Below are positions 36,301 through 45,657 of a DNA stretch of 64,000 nucleotides, one piece after another. The stretch's first letter is position 1, and the number at the start of each line of letters is the position of its first letter. Position numbers and translations under genes: made by a program. Source of the stretch: Bacillota bacterium (GTDB lineage Bacteria > Bacillota > Dehalobacteriia > UBA4068 > UBA4997); the NCBI GenBank assembly GCA_021771915.1, contig JAETNY010000011.1, forward strand, positions 3,473 to 67,472, given 5' to 3'. The notes under the pieces are model-generated. The model saw only the letters and a program-made list of their open reading frames with translations, was not told the origin of the DNA and did no database searches.

Positions 36301-38565
36301 TTCTAACCGCACCGCATCGCATTTTTTGCAGTGGTATTCGGTAATGCCAGCCCCGTTACAGGTGGCGTTTACTTTTTCCGTACCGCTGTCCCAAATATGG
36401 TCGGTCATTTCCCGGAAGTTCCCAACATAACTATCGCCGCATTTCCGGCAGGTGTATGTGGTATAGCCCTGCTGGGTGCAGCTGGGAGCGGTTACCTGCT
36501 CGGAATAGTTATGCCCCAGTGCGTTTACATAATCGCTCTTATAACTCTGGTTACAGTTAATGCAGGTGTATTTGGTATAGCCCATTTCAGTGCAGTTGGG
36601 CTGGCAAGACTCCTGCCAGTATCGGTGTCCCGTGGCTTCCGCCAAGACTGCGCCGCAGACTACACAGGTTTGCGGGCTGACGCAGGTCGCCGCTGCTCCG
36701 GCCACGTGGCCGCTGCCGGCTTTCGTTCCCGTGGAGGAATAGGCGGTATTTGCAGCAGAGCTAAGAACCGTATTTGCCGAATTGAACACCTGATTTTGTA
36801 CCGGCGCTTTCAGCAAAGATGTATTCAAAGCGGTATTCAATGCTGTTTTATGGGCGTTATTCCAAAAATCCTCGCAGGAACTATGCAGGCCGCTGGCCAC
36901 AGTTTCCCGTTTAGTAGCGCCGCAGCGAGTGCAGGTATATTCCATAATGCCGTCCTCAGCGCAGGTCGGCTCAACGATATATTCCCCCTCGTTCCAAGCG
37001 TGGCCTAAAGGTTCAGTATGATCGCCGATGAAAGTGCTGCCGCAGCCCTCGCAGATATATGTTGTCTGGCCGCCGGTGGTACAGGTGGGCAGAACTGTAT
37101 GCGCCGCATAATCGTGAGGCAGAGCGTTAGTCATTGCCGTAATGTGTCTGTCGCCGCAGACGGAACATTCCTTGACCGTATAGCCGGGACTGGTACAGGT
37201 TGGAGCTACATTAAAAGTACCATACTTATGCTCGCCCTTGGGTGTGTATTCCACTTCGGACAAGCCGCAGCGGGAGCAGATATTCAGCACTTTACCGTCC
37301 ACCTCGCAGGTGGCCTCCCGAATTAAAATCTGCTGCATAGCGTGTCCCAGAGAATCCACATAATCCCGCTTTTCAATCTTGCCGCAGTTTATGCAAAGAT
37401 AGCGGTCGTAACCCAGCGCCAAACAGGTAGGCTTAATGCTCTCAATAAGGCTGAATTTATGGTTTTCGCCGCAGGTGTTTTTGCAGCAGTTACCGCCGCA
37501 GTTAGGTTTTTGACAATCGCAGTTCGGATCACCACAACCGCAGGCGCAGCCGCCGTCCGGCTCTCTTTCTTCGTGCAGCCACACATAAGCTACGCCGCTT
37601 TCCACCATTTCGGTGCTATCGTCATACTTATACGTAACCTCATAATAGACTGTATACTGACCGGCTTCGGTAAAGTTTGGCGCAGAAGTTAATGTGCAGT
37701 TATTGGCGCTGGTGCCATAGCGAATAGAAGCCCGAACTCCGGCCTCCGACAAATCGCTGATAGTGATAGTGTGGGGCTGGCCGTCCACCACGCCGTAGTA
37801 ATCCGCCACAACCACCTTTGCCGCCACATAATCGTACTTGATATAATCGCAGTCGGTACAGTGCGATACAATAGCAAACCTCTGATTAGCCAGCTGAGGC
37901 AACACCTCTTTGGTCATATTGTGGGGTACTAAACGGCTGCTTTTATTATGCAGCGTGCCATAACAAAAGGCGCAGTATTTACCGCCCTCCCGCGTTTCCT
38001 TGTGGTACTGGCTGTCCACATATTCAAAGCTGACCTGCTCGTCCAAATTCTGCATAAACTCGGCGGCGCAGTCATAAAGCCAGTAAATATTCTTCTTGAA
38101 ACAATACTCGTCATAATCCATTTGGGTATTGAAGTTGCCGCACTGGGAGCAGACAGCTTTCGTCCAATGGTGCTGAGCATAGTAAGCGTTTACGCCCGGC
38201 TTACCGCTGTTGACATTACCTTTAGTAACGCCGTCCACCATTGTGCCGTCGGAATACTTCACATTCCGGGTCAAATCGCTGTTGCCGTCCCTAGTATATT
38301 CCGGGGCTCGCCAAACATCAAATTGGGTTGCCCTGCCGCACACAGCGCACAAAAATGTTTCCGTTGTAACAACCGCATTGGCGTCCAGCTCGTTTGTCCT
38401 GTTACCAGAGGTCGTCCAATGTTCGGCAGGGTCGTGATAGCTGTTCTGTTGCGCCGCATAAACTGCTTGCAGCGGCATAAACGGCATAAACTGTCCAACC
38501 AGCACCGCAAACATAAGCACCAAGGCCAGCAAACGTCTATAATTCTTACTGATTTTCGTTTCCAT
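33325..38565 (-). CDS. Large secreted surface protein with Cys/His repeats and C-terminal SLH domains (putative mating adhesin)
   Basis: Signal peptide; many H..TC..G..CxxC repeats; SLH motifs GYTDGTFRP..TRAE. Confidence 0.88.
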   Translation of the reverse strand: METKISKNYRRLLALVLMFAVLVGQFMPFMPLQAVYAAQQNSYHDPAEHWTTSGNRTNELDANAVVTTETFLCAVCGRATQFDVWRAPEYTRDGNSDLTRNVKYSDGTMVDGVTKGNVNSGKPGVNAYYAQHHWTKAVCSQCGNFNTQMDYDEYCFKKNIYWLYDCAAEFMQNLDEQVSFEYVDSQYHKETREGGKYCAFCYGTLHNKSSRLVPHNMTKEVLPQLANQRFAIVSHCTDCDYIKYDYVAAKVVVADYYGVVDGQPHTITISDLSEAGVRASIRYGTSANNCTLTSAPNFTEAGQYTVYYEVTYKYDDSTEMVESGVAYVWLHEEREPDGGCACGCGDPNCDCQKPNCGGNCCKNTCGENHKFSLIESIKPTCLALGYDRYLCINCGKIEKRDYVDSLGHAMQQILIREATCEVDGKVLNICSRCGLSEVEYTPKGEHKYGTFNVAPTCTSPGYTVKECSVCGDRHITAMTNALPHDYAAHTVLPTCTTGGQTTYICEGCGSTFIGDHTEPLGHAWNEGEYIVEPTCAEDGIMEYTCTRCGATKRETVASGLHSSCEDFWNNAHKTALNTALNTSLLKAPVQNQVFNSANTVLSSAANTAYSSTGTKAGSGHVAGAAATCVSPQTCVVCGAVLAEATGHRYWQESCQPNCTEMGYTKYTCINCNQSYKSDYVNALGHNYSEQVTAPSCTQQGYTTYTCRKCGDSYVGNFREMTDHIWDSGTEKVNATCNGAGITEYHCKKCDAVRLETASASGHTPGVAATCTEAQLCTKCGAVLQNAKGHRLEQNVTAPTCTNIGYTTVTCKDCGLAYKTDYTDHLGHNYAKDVTAPTCLAEGYTTYTCTKCGDSYVSDYTEATGHKWDGGHKVVSPTCGGEGMTEYRCANCEAVRLENEAAAGHTPGKAATCTEAQICTDCGAILQQALGHKFVEKVTPATCLDMGYTDYVCEGCGYAYKSEYTKPLGHNYLPEVTSATCTEGGYTTFTCDRCGDSYVSDYTEATGHKWDGGKTVVGSACNSDGMTEYRCENCNEVRLEAESALGHTPGEAANCNEPQVCTTCGAILQQALGHTFKEEITAASCLDMGYTTFTCENCGFSYKTEYTKPTGHNYLPEVCEPTCLEKGYTTYTCEYCEDSYVADYTEPAGHKWDAGTKVINSVCNGEGMTEYRCESCGLHRLEAESPLGHKPGASATCTEPQICTVCNAILQPATGHDYVSKATAATCTAMGYTTFTCKYCSDSYTADYTDPTGHTAGEWIVDKQPTLTAEGSKHKACTKCGAVVETAAIERVYNQSVTDGKGEAVVGKYLVTVTDTDSKNPATAGSPASPGGASRIAGAVVSLNNDDTISVNLPSNRLLDYAEQTTVKVQTKEDLKAVSSMPVSVTDVNKNYSAGKTDNTGQLIVPATSGNTNGDGVVTIGRTDDGVKQTLTVKVSKGDTNRPIKNAEVNTSKKGDVNIQLPEGVDMDEKNQILVDITDQKQQAKPDVPVTVKGDLNQKGMGETDKDGQLLLPESAPKTEKHSAYIVGYTDGTFRPEAQMTRAEASAIFARLLAAAKNENISPAKYAPFADTTVNAWYADYVNYLVGYGVIVGDKSAFRPNEDISRAELTAMAVRYFEVVGEKQNVTNAKNAAANNFNDVSGSYWAADYIQEAALYGWVQGYTHAGTGGNGSFKAEAKITRAEAVTLINNLLGRVADSEYIAKSGRRLNLFSDVYTQHWAYAAILEAANSHTAVYDNKDKTAESWNR
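34810..36708 (-). repeat. 426-bp (142-aa) higher-order coding repeat, about 4.5 copies
   Basis: Equivalent His codons at 36708, 36282, 35856, 35430, 35004. Confidence 0.9.
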
Positions 38566-38635
38566 ATAAATAAATCACCTCTCTATTTTCTTTCTTCTAT
38601 AAATATAATTAGTTACATATCCAACAAGCGTTTAG

Positions 38636-39397
38636 TTAATTTTCTGACACCACCTCGTCTTTCTCGTTATCTTCCGTTTCTTCTGTTTCTTCCGCCTCCT
38701 CATCATCTAAATAATCTTCTTCGTCCGCATCTTCATCGTCAAAATCTGGCGTTTGCCGCTTGTCCGCCTGTTTGGCAATAAAGCTTTTATACAGATAAAA
38801 ACCGCCTGCGCCAAACATTACCAATAACGCCAGCAGAGCAGCCACGGCCAAAGCCGGATTTTGGGCTTTTTCCTCCTCCGGCTTGCTGACTTGCTGCTCA
38901 TTGCCCAAGCAAGACTGCATATCCACAGCGCAAACCTCGCAGGCCGTATTCACAGAGCCGACAAAGCATTTATCCCGCCCCTTGCAGGTGCAAACCGGCG
39001 TTTTCTGGGTAGGCTCGTCCTCCAGCAAAGCCAGCAAATCCGCCTCGTCCACCTGATTTAAGAAATGCACCGTCTGCTTTCCCTTGCTGTCCCGCTCAAT
39101 GATGATGTAAAAGTAATTGCCGCTTTTGGTTTGTACGGTCAAAAACTCCTTATCTGAAGAACTGAAAGTCTGCACATCGTCTACCAGAGTCAGATTGCCC
39201 TCCGGGGTCAGCGCATTTGCGCTGCCCCAATCCTGCAAATCATCAAGCTGCGTTTGTCCCGAACTTTCTTTGTTCTCCGACTGTTCCGGCGTATCCAGCA
39301 CAAAAGCGTAAACCGGGGCGCTGCAACTGCTTAAACAAAAGGCGATAAGCAGCAGCATTGCCAGCAGCCTCTGCGCCCTAACCATTCCAAACCTCAC
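38636..39397 (-). CDS. DUF4366-like ICE membrane protein
   Basis: [34 protein letters not shown]; TM helix then acidic tail. Confidence 0.85.
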   Translation of the reverse strand: MRFGMVRAQRLLAMLLLIAFCLSSCSAPVYAFVLDTPEQSENKESSGQTQLDDLQDWGSANALTPEGNLTLVDDVQTFSSSDKEFLTVQTKSGNYFYIIIERDSKGKQTVHFLNQVDEADLLALLEDEPTQKTPVCTCKGRDKCFVGSVNTACEVCAVDMQSCLGNEQQVSKPEEEKAQNPALAVAALLALLVMFGAGGFYLYKSFIAKQADKRQTPDFDDEDADEEDYLDDEEAEETEETEDNEKDEVVSEN

Positions 39398-39719
39398 CGT
39401 CGCTCAAGTTTTCTGTTGCGTAGTCCTCCGTGGCTACCGCATAGGCCGCTGCAACCTCGTTGTTTAATTCCGCCGCCGTATCCGCCGGATTTTCTTCCAC
39501 AGCAGGCGCAGCTTTTGGCTTGTCCTCGCCGTTAATCAGTTCGGCCAATTCCTCAAAACTCATACCAAGACCGCGCACCATTCCTACAATCTCCAGATTT
39601 TCCAGCGCCGTACACTGTTTTTCAATTTCCTGCTGCCGCTCCATAAGAGCGGCCATCTTCTTGTCGTTCTTGGCGTATTCCGCCTGCAATTTCTCAAGCT
39701 TTTTCAAATTTGCGTTCAT
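39378..39719 (-). CDS. DUF4315-like coiled-coil ICE protein
   Basis: [12 protein letters not shown]; typical position after the hydrolase. Confidence 0.78.
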   Translation of the reverse strand: MNANLKKLEKLQAEYAKNDKKMAALMERQQEIEKQCTALENLEIVGMVRGLGMSFEELAELINGEDKPKAAPAVEENPADTAAELNNEVAAAYAVATEDYATENLSDGEVWNG

Positions 39720-39736
39720 ACATTCTCCTCTCTTTT

Positions 39737-41053
39737 TTAGTTTCTATCCAGCCTGCCAAACCCCAGCAGGTGATTTTGCCAATAGCGGTCGGTAATATCA
39801 GCGTAGGATATAGGCGAGCCGCAATGTATCATCATTCCGTTGCCTACATAAATTCCCACGTGGCTTGCTCCCTTGGGCGCATTGGCGTAAGTATCTTTGA
39901 AGAACACCAAATCCCCCGGCCGGGCGTTATTCGGCGATACCGCCACAGTTAAATTCCGCAAACCATTGGCCGTAGTTCTGCCCACGTTAGGCAACCCCTC
40001 GGTATGGTTAATTACCCAGCAGACAAAGCCGCTGCAATCGAAACTGGTGTTAGGATTAGAGCCGCCCCAGACATAAGGATAGCCCAGATACTTTTCAGCC
40101 TCGGTAATCATCGCCGCAAATATCTCGTCCGCCATAACCTCCGGCGGTATTTCGTAAACCAGCGGCGGCTCAATAACCGAAGCGTTGGGATATTCCGCCT
40201 TATCGAACAAATCCGGCCTGTTGCCCAACGTCCTCATATACAGAGCATAAATTTCTAATTTATCCCCGGTTAAAATCGCCGTTTGCTGTGCCAAATCCCG
40301 GTTGTACAGTTCCACATAGCAGACATACCAAGGATAGTTGTTTCCCTCATCATCGGAGCGCACTTCCATTTCTACCCGCTCAACCAGCAGATACTGCCTG
40401 TCGAATAAATCCTCAATGAGTTCTTCCACCCCGGCAAATTTCCACTCGCCACCCATATAGGCGGTAAGCAGGGAAATTAGTACATAAGGGTCGTGGCCAA
40501 TTTCGTCCAACTCAAAGTGATACTCATCATAGTTGTGCGTATTTTCATAATCGGCCAAATAGCTTTTTAGTTCGTCCTCACCGGCGGCATATGCAGCCTC
40601 GGCCTTTAGCATATCCTCATCTTGGCTGGGATAGGTAGAGCCGCCCAAAGCAGAAAGTCCGCCTTGCAGCAGCATTGAACAGCCGTTCACACAGTTTAGA
40701 CAAAATCCAGCCAACAGCAAAACGATTAGCGCTATTACCAGACTGCGTTGGCTTTTCTGCCGCCAAACAGCCGTCCTTTGAGTTTGGCTTACTATTATTC
40801 GTCTGCTTGCCGCCGCTTTTTTCTGCCGCACCTGAGTGGCGTATTTCTTCTTTATACCTCGCTTTTGGGCTTGGCGTTTAGTCTGTTTTTTCTTCCTGCG
40901 CCGCAGATAGTTGGATATATCCGCTCCCGTATCAAATGCTTGGAGTTCGCTGTTTTCCCCGCGTTCCTCATCGTCAAAGCGCAGTTTAGATAGTTTAGTC
41001 AAAGCTGTTATTCTCCGGCGGCTCACAATCTTCGGTATATTCCGGCAGTTCAT
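39737..41053 (-). CDS. NlpC/P60 conjugative cell-wall hydrolase (true start may be TTG 41002)
   Basis: YLGYPYVWGG, FDCSGFV, HVGIYVG. Confidence 0.92.
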   Translation of the reverse strand: MNCRNIPKIVSRRRITALTKLSKLRFDDEERGENSELQAFDTGADISNYLRRRKKKQTKRQAQKRGIKKKYATQVRQKKAAASRRIIVSQTQRTAVWRQKSQRSLVIALIVLLLAGFCLNCVNGCSMLLQGGLSALGGSTYPSQDEDMLKAEAAYAAGEDELKSYLADYENTHNYDEYHFELDEIGHDPYVLISLLTAYMGGEWKFAGVEELIEDLFDRQYLLVERVEMEVRSDDEGNNYPWYVCYVELYNRDLAQQTAILTGDKLEIYALYMRTLGNRPDLFDKAEYPNASVIEPPLVYEIPPEVMADEIFAAMITEAEKYLGYPYVWGGSNPNTSFDCSGFVCWVINHTEGLPNVGRTTANGLRNLTVAVSPNNARPGDLVFFKDTYANAPKGASHVGIYVGNGMMIHCGSPISYADITDRYWQNHLLGFGRLDRN

Positions 41054-41144
41054 CGGCCAACTGGCTGCAAACCTCCACCAGCCCTTCAGTTATTTCCGTC
41101 AGTTTTGCCGCCAAAAGCAGCAGGTATTTAAGCTGTTTTTCCAT
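40995..41144 (-). CDS. Small acidic hypothetical protein (49 aa, absent from ORF track)
   Basis: MEKQLKYLLLLAAKLTEITEGLVEVCSQLADELPEYTEDCEPPENNSFD; RBS ggagga; fills virB4-hydrolase gap. Confidence 0.55.
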   Translation of the reverse strand: MEKQLKYLLLLAAKLTEITEGLVEVCSQLADELPEYTEDCEPPENNSFD

Positions 41145-41168
41145 ATCTTTTTATCCTCCAAATTATAT

Positions 41169-43544
41169 TTATTTGACCACTTGTTCACCGGGGCGAGTGG
41201 TCATAATTTTATATAGACTGCTGTCCGTCGGAAAACGGTCAACGAAAGGCAAGATGACATTGCCGTAAAAAAGCAGCCCCTCGCCAGCCCCAGAGTGGGT
41301 AACATAAGATAGCTGATGCGGCGAAATATTCAACTGTTTAGCCAAAATCTCCCTGTCCCCTCTGGCTTGGTTGAGCATATATAGAAAGTCGCTGTTTTCC
41401 AGAATATTAGCAATCTCCGGGCTGGCTAAAAGGTCTTTGCTGTTCTGGGTGATACCCGTAGGAATACCGCCCCATTTGCGAAAGCGTTTCCAAATCTCCA
41501 CGCTCCAAGCGGCCAACTCACCTTTCAGCAGCAGGTGAAATTCGTCCACATAGTAGCGGGTGGATTTTCCTGCCGCCCTGTTTACCGTAACCCTGTTCCA
41601 AACCTGATCTTGAATAACCAGCATACCAAGCTGCTTTAGCTGCTTGCCCAACTCCTTAATGTCATAGCAGACAATACGCTTGTCAATATCCACATTAGTA
41701 CGGTGATTAAATACATTCAAACTGCCCGATACATACAACTCCAAAGCCGCCGCTATCCTTTTAGCCTCCGGCTCAGGCTGTTGCAAAAGTTCATTATACA
41801 AATCCTCTAAAACCGGCATTTTCTCCGGCACTGGCTCGGCTAGAAAATCCCGATAAATCAGCCGGACGCAGCGGTCGATAACCGTCTTTTCTACCGGCTG
41901 CAAGCCCTCTTTACCGCCGATAACAATATCGCAGAAAGACAAAATAAAATCCACTTTCAAAGAGAGTGGATTTTCATCATCACTGTAATTCAAATTTAAG
42001 TCCAGCGGATTGACATACTGCTTGCTTACCGGCGAAATCTGCACCACCTGACCGCCCAGCCGCTCAACTAGCGAAAAATACTCGGCCTCCGGGTCGCAGA
42101 TAAGAATATCGTCTGGGGTAGATAGAAACACATTGAGTATTTCTCTTTTGGCTGAGAAGCTTTTACCACTGCCCGGCGTACCCAGAATAAGGCCGTTGGG
42201 ATTTTTCAGCTGCTTGCGGTCTACCATAATCAGGTTATTACTTAAAGCGTTTAAGCCGTAATACAAAGCCTCGCCGCCATTCTGGAACAACTCCTGCGTG
42301 GTAAACGGCACAAAAATCGCTGTGCTGCTGCTAGTCAAGCCCCGCTCAATCTCAATCTGGTTGTAACCCAAGGGCAAGCTGCTCATAAAGCCCTGTTCCT
42401 GCTGCCAATCCAGCCGCACCAGCTTGCAGTTATGCTTTTGGGCAATGCTCGCCGCTTGAAACACATTATTTTCCAGCTGCCGCTTTGCCGCCGCCGTATT
42501 AACAATAATGAAAGTTACCAGAAACATACGCTCGTTGCGGCTTTGCAAATCCTCCAGCAGCTTTTTCGCTTCTGTGCCGTAAGCCGCCAAATCCGAGGGA
42601 ATTATGTCCATATCGTAGCCTGCGCGTACCGCCCGCTTTTGTTCCTCAATTTTCTGACGGTCGAGGTCAGTTATTTTATGCTTAACCTGCTTAATTGCCG
42701 CCGTCTGGTCGATAGGCTGAATATGCAGGCTCACAATCTGCGAACTATCCATATCCAAAAAGTCAGCCAGCATACGGTCGTTTAACTCCGGCGCTAAAAT
42801 CTGCACAAACGAGGCCGCACCAAAGCTTTCGCCAACTCGAAAACTGCGGCTGTTGCCAAACTCAAAAGAAGACGGCGCAATAAAGTCCTTGGTAGATAAG
42901 CCACTTGGCGCAAGCCAACGCCAGTCAAAGGGCATTTTCTGTGTGTCCAAATGCAAAATGTTATGCAGAAGTTCCAGCCATTCTTGACCGTCTAAGGGCT
43001 TGGCAGCAACCCCTAAGCGCTTAAAGTTATTCAAAATATCCAACTCCAGCCGCTCCAAGCGAGGTTTGGCCTCCCGCAGGCTGGCCGCCTCAATGCCAAA
43101 CGTGAGATATTTCGTTTTAGCCAGGCCGTTATTGCCTTTAGCCAACTGCCGCTGCAATATGCCGGAATATTCCTCACGAGTATCGTCAAAGCCGTCGCCT
43201 TGCAAGGGGATAGAAATACTCTGCACAGCGCCGCCGTCGCTCACCGCCAAATCCACAAAGGTCAGCTGCAAATGCACTGAGGAATCAAAGTAGTTCAGAA
43301 AATCGCACCAGCCCTCAAATATGGCCTCCTTATCCTCCTTTTGCGCCAGCTGATAATTTACGTCTTGAAACTGCATTGTTTTAGTGTAAGTATTGCCATT
43401 CACCCGGCAAACGCCCTCCGGCCAAATCCGCTCATAAGGAATAGACTGTTGAGCAGAAATCTTTTTGCCGTCCTCTCCTTTAGCCCTGCGAATAGCAGAT
43501 TCAATCTGCCGCCTATCTGCACTTGACAGTTTTTTGCTTGACAT
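41169..43544 (-). CDS. virB4: VirB4-like conjugation ATPase (start uncertain)
   Basis: GTPGSGKS, DPEAEY, YVDEFH, RFRKWGG. Confidence 0.93.
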   Translation of the reverse strand: MSSKKLSSADRRQIESAIRRAKGEDGKKISAQQSIPYERIWPEGVCRVNGNTYTKTMQFQDVNYQLAQKEDKEAIFEGWCDFLNYFDSSVHLQLTFVDLAVSDGGAVQSISIPLQGDGFDDTREEYSGILQRQLAKGNNGLAKTKYLTFGIEAASLREAKPRLERLELDILNNFKRLGVAAKPLDGQEWLELLHNILHLDTQKMPFDWRWLAPSGLSTKDFIAPSSFEFGNSRSFRVGESFGAASFVQILAPELNDRMLADFLDMDSSQIVSLHIQPIDQTAAIKQVKHKITDLDRQKIEEQKRAVRAGYDMDIIPSDLAAYGTEAKKLLEDLQSRNERMFLVTFIIVNTAAAKRQLENNVFQAASIAQKHNCKLVRLDWQQEQGFMSSLPLGYNQIEIERGLTSSSTAIFVPFTTQELFQNGGEALYYGLNALSNNLIMVDRKQLKNPNGLILGTPGSGKSFSAKREILNVFLSTPDDILICDPEAEYFSLVERLGGQVVQISPVSKQYVNPLDLNLNYSDDENPLSLKVDFILSFCDIVIGGKEGLQPVEKTVIDRCVRLIYRDFLAEPVPEKMPVLEDLYNELLQQPEPEAKRIAAALELYVSGSLNVFNHRTNVDIDKRIVCYDIKELGKQLKQLGMLVIQDQVWNRVTVNRAAGKSTRYYVDEFHLLLKGELAAWSVEIWKRFRKWGGIPTGITQNSKDLLASPEIANILENSDFLYMLNQARGDREILAKQLNISPHQLSYVTHSGAGEGLLFYGNVILPFVDRFPTDSSLYKIMTTRPGEQVVK

Positions 43545-44025
43545 TTGGTTTGGCTTTTTTGCGCCGCTTTTTACCGTCCTTGTCGCCAACTCCGCATTGT
43601 CTGGCCTGCCTGCCGTCCCAAATAGGCGGCAAAAGCAGCTCCTGATTTTTCCGGCTGTTTGCCACAATATGCGCCACCTCCCTTTCCAAAGTATTCTGCC
43701 TGCCCAGCAAAGCATAGAAATTCTCTATCTTATATGGCCGCTGTTTAGGGCGTTTGAAGATAACATTTAGAATGTTCGCCAATACTTTTTCCAGCGGCTG
43801 GCCGTTTTTCTCATAGATAGCCAGCAGAAAAAAGGGCAGCATCGTCATTACCATTGCCATAGCTGACAGGCTTGAGTTGCAGCCAATACCGGCTTTCAGC
43901 CCAAAATACAGCGGCAGGCCAACCGCCGCTCCACTGCCGAAACAAACCAACTGCCGCGTTGTCAGCCCAAACATCACCTTGCTCCGCACTCTGCCCAAAT
44001 CCGCAGGCACGCTTACATATGCCAA
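43513..44025 (-). CDS. PrgI-family protein
   Basis: VPADL...KVMFGLTTRQL, two TMs, KNGQPLEK. Confidence 0.9.
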   Translation of the reverse strand: MAYVSVPADLGRVRSKVMFGLTTRQLVCFGSGAAVGLPLYFGLKAGIGCNSSLSAMAMVMTMLPFFLLAIYEKNGQPLEKVLANILNVIFKRPKQRPYKIENFYALLGRQNTLEREVAHIVANSRKNQELLLPPIWDGRQARQCGVGDKDGKKRRKKAKPNVKQKTVKCR

Positions 44026-44044
44026 TCTATCACCAACCTTTCTT

Positions 44045-44938
44045 TTATTTTTTTAAGCTTGACTTGTAGTCGGCAAAGCTATCCACCACATTAAAAATCC
44101 GCCTGTTGTTGACCCAGCGTTGCAGCTGACGAGTAACAGGCGGAGCCTCCGGCTTATTATATATCATCACATAAGGAGCATAACCCAAGGCTTTCAGCGT
44201 TTCAATGCGGTACAAATCTTCATTGAATGTACTATTGTAATTGCAAAGCACATATACGGATAGCCGCTGCTTGGCCTTAATCCGGCTTAACTTCATAAAC
44301 CTCTCAAAATGCCCGGTCAAATCTTCTTTAGGATTATCCCAAGCAAAATGCAGCATTTTACTTTTAACCCTGTTAAGCAAAGAAATATTATCCGGCGTAG
44401 TCAGGCGAATATCCAAACCCTGTGTAAAATCCACCCAAGCGCCGCTCTCCGCCAACTGCTCCAACAGCTTCTCGTGTTCCGAACAGGCCAGCAAATTGGC
44501 GTCCAAGAGTTTTATTTCTTTCTGACCTCGCCAGAACTCCGCTAAATCTGCCACCCTGCGGCTTTGCCGTCCCTCCTTTTGGCTTACAATGCAAAATCCG
44601 CAGCCTCTTGGACAGCCTCTGGTTAGAAAACCATAGGCCACGCCCTCAAACTGCGGATACAAGCCGTAATCCGGGTAGATATGCTCAACCTCCTCAATAA
44701 GCCGGTTTTGCAGCCCATAGCCAGTGCCGCCGCAAATAACCTTGCCGGCATTGTTTACCGCTATGTTATCCCTGGAGTACATATCTGTAAAAACTCGGCT
44801 CTTATACACCACATCATAATGACCGTCCTCCTGCCACCAACTGACTTCATCACCTCTGGCCTTGTGCCAAGCAGATATTTTCATCAAACACAGATTAGGC
44901 CAGTTATGACCGTCTACATCACATAAGCCTACTCGCAA
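44045..44938 (-). CDS. Radical SAM-like protein
   Basis: TRGCPRGCGFC (CxxxCxxC), DFTQGLDIR. Confidence 0.82.
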   Translation of the reverse strand: MRVGLCDVDGHNWPNLCLMKISAWHKARGDEVSWWQEDGHYDVVYKSRVFTDMYSRDNIAVNNAGKVICGGTGYGLQNRLIEEVEHIYPDYGLYPQFEGVAYGFLTRGCPRGCGFCIVSQKEGRQSRRVADLAEFWRGQKEIKLLDANLLACSEHEKLLEQLAESGAWVDFTQGLDIRLTTPDNISLLNRVKSKMLHFAWDNPKEDLTGHFERFMKLSRIKAKQRLSVYVLCNYNSTFNEDLYRIETLKALGYAPYVMIYNKPEAPPVTRQLQRWVNNRRIFNVVDSFADYKSSLKK

Positions 44939-44986
44939 ATTCTTCTCTCAATCCTCCAATCTACTACATTTAATGATTTAGGGCAT

Positions 44987-45024
44987 AAAAAACCGTCATA
45001 AGGATTAATCCAGAATGACGGTTT
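44987..45024 (-). terminator. Intrinsic terminator after the toxin gene
   Basis: aaaccgtcat/atgacggttt stem with T-run on the minus strand. Confidence 0.72.
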
Positions 45025-45030
45025 GAAAAT

Positions 45031-45312
45031 CTATCTATTAAATAAATCACTGTGCGTTCCTGTACGAGATAAAGTCAACACCAAAACATCGTCGTCAATA
45101 CGATAAACCAATAGCCAATCGGGTTGAATATGGCATTCCCGATGCCCTACCCAATCGCCAGATAACGAATGATCTTTGTTTTTCTCAGGTAATATTTCGC
45201 CTCTTGACAATGCACGAATAATATTATCCAGCAGCTCAATATCCATATTACGCTTAAGCGCAAGTTTGTAGTCTTTCTTAAATTGAGTTGTCCAAACAAT
45301 ATCCCGTTTCAT
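45031..45312 (-). CDS. yafQ: YafQ-family (RelE fold) mRNase toxin
   Basis: FKKDYK, KDHSLSG, RECHIQPDWLLVY, RTGTHSDLF. Confidence 0.94.
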   Translation of the reverse strand: MKRDIVWTTQFKKDYKLALKRNMDIELLDNIIRALSRGEILPEKNKDHSLSGDWVGHRECHIQPDWLLVYRIDDDVLVLTLSRTGTHSDLFNR

Positions 45313-45584
45313 TTCTTCAACTCCCGAAGCGCGTCTTCAACGTCGGAATAGCGCTTAACATCTGGGTCGTGAGCAATCCGTTCTGCCTCGAGCATAGCGG
45401 CAAGCGTTTCTTTATTAGGCTTATCCAGCTTAACCTCAAAAGGAAAGCCGCCTACTCGCAGCGATTGACGCAGAAAAACATTGATTGCTGTAGTAAGATT
45501 CATACCCAATTCCCCATAAAGTGTTTCGCATTGCTTTTTTATATCGCTGTCCATTCGGACGCTGAAATTAGTAGTGTTTGCCAT
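45309..45584 (-). CDS. dinJ: RelB/DinJ-family antitoxin
   Basis: SVRMDSDIK...LGMNLTTAINVFL...PF...PNKET; 4-nt overlap with toxin. Confidence 0.92.
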   Translation of the reverse strand: MANTTNFSVRMDSDIKKQCETLYGELGMNLTTAINVFLRQSLRVGGFPFEVKLDKPNKETLAAMLEAERIAHDPDVKRYSDVEDALRELKK

Positions 45585-45620
45585 ATCATTGCCCCCCCTT
45601 TTGCATTTCATCACACCTCT

Positions 45621-45649
45621 ATTATATACTATTTGCAATGCAAAATCAA
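45621..45649 (-). promoter_or_regulatory. SigA promoter of the TA operon with palindromic operator
   Basis: TTGATT-17nt-TATAAT; tttgcattgcaaa palindrome over the spacer. Confidence 0.75.
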
Positions 45650-45657
45650 CTTCTTTT

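Noticed and set aside
34810-36708. Periodic DNA repeats as a CRISPR array
   Set aside because: Degenerate in-frame 426-bp coding repeats, no unique spacers, no cas genes
33376-38781. Long plus-strand ORFs (up to 325 aa) opposite the surface protein
   Set aside because: Antisense shadows of a repetitive gene with no recognisable motifs
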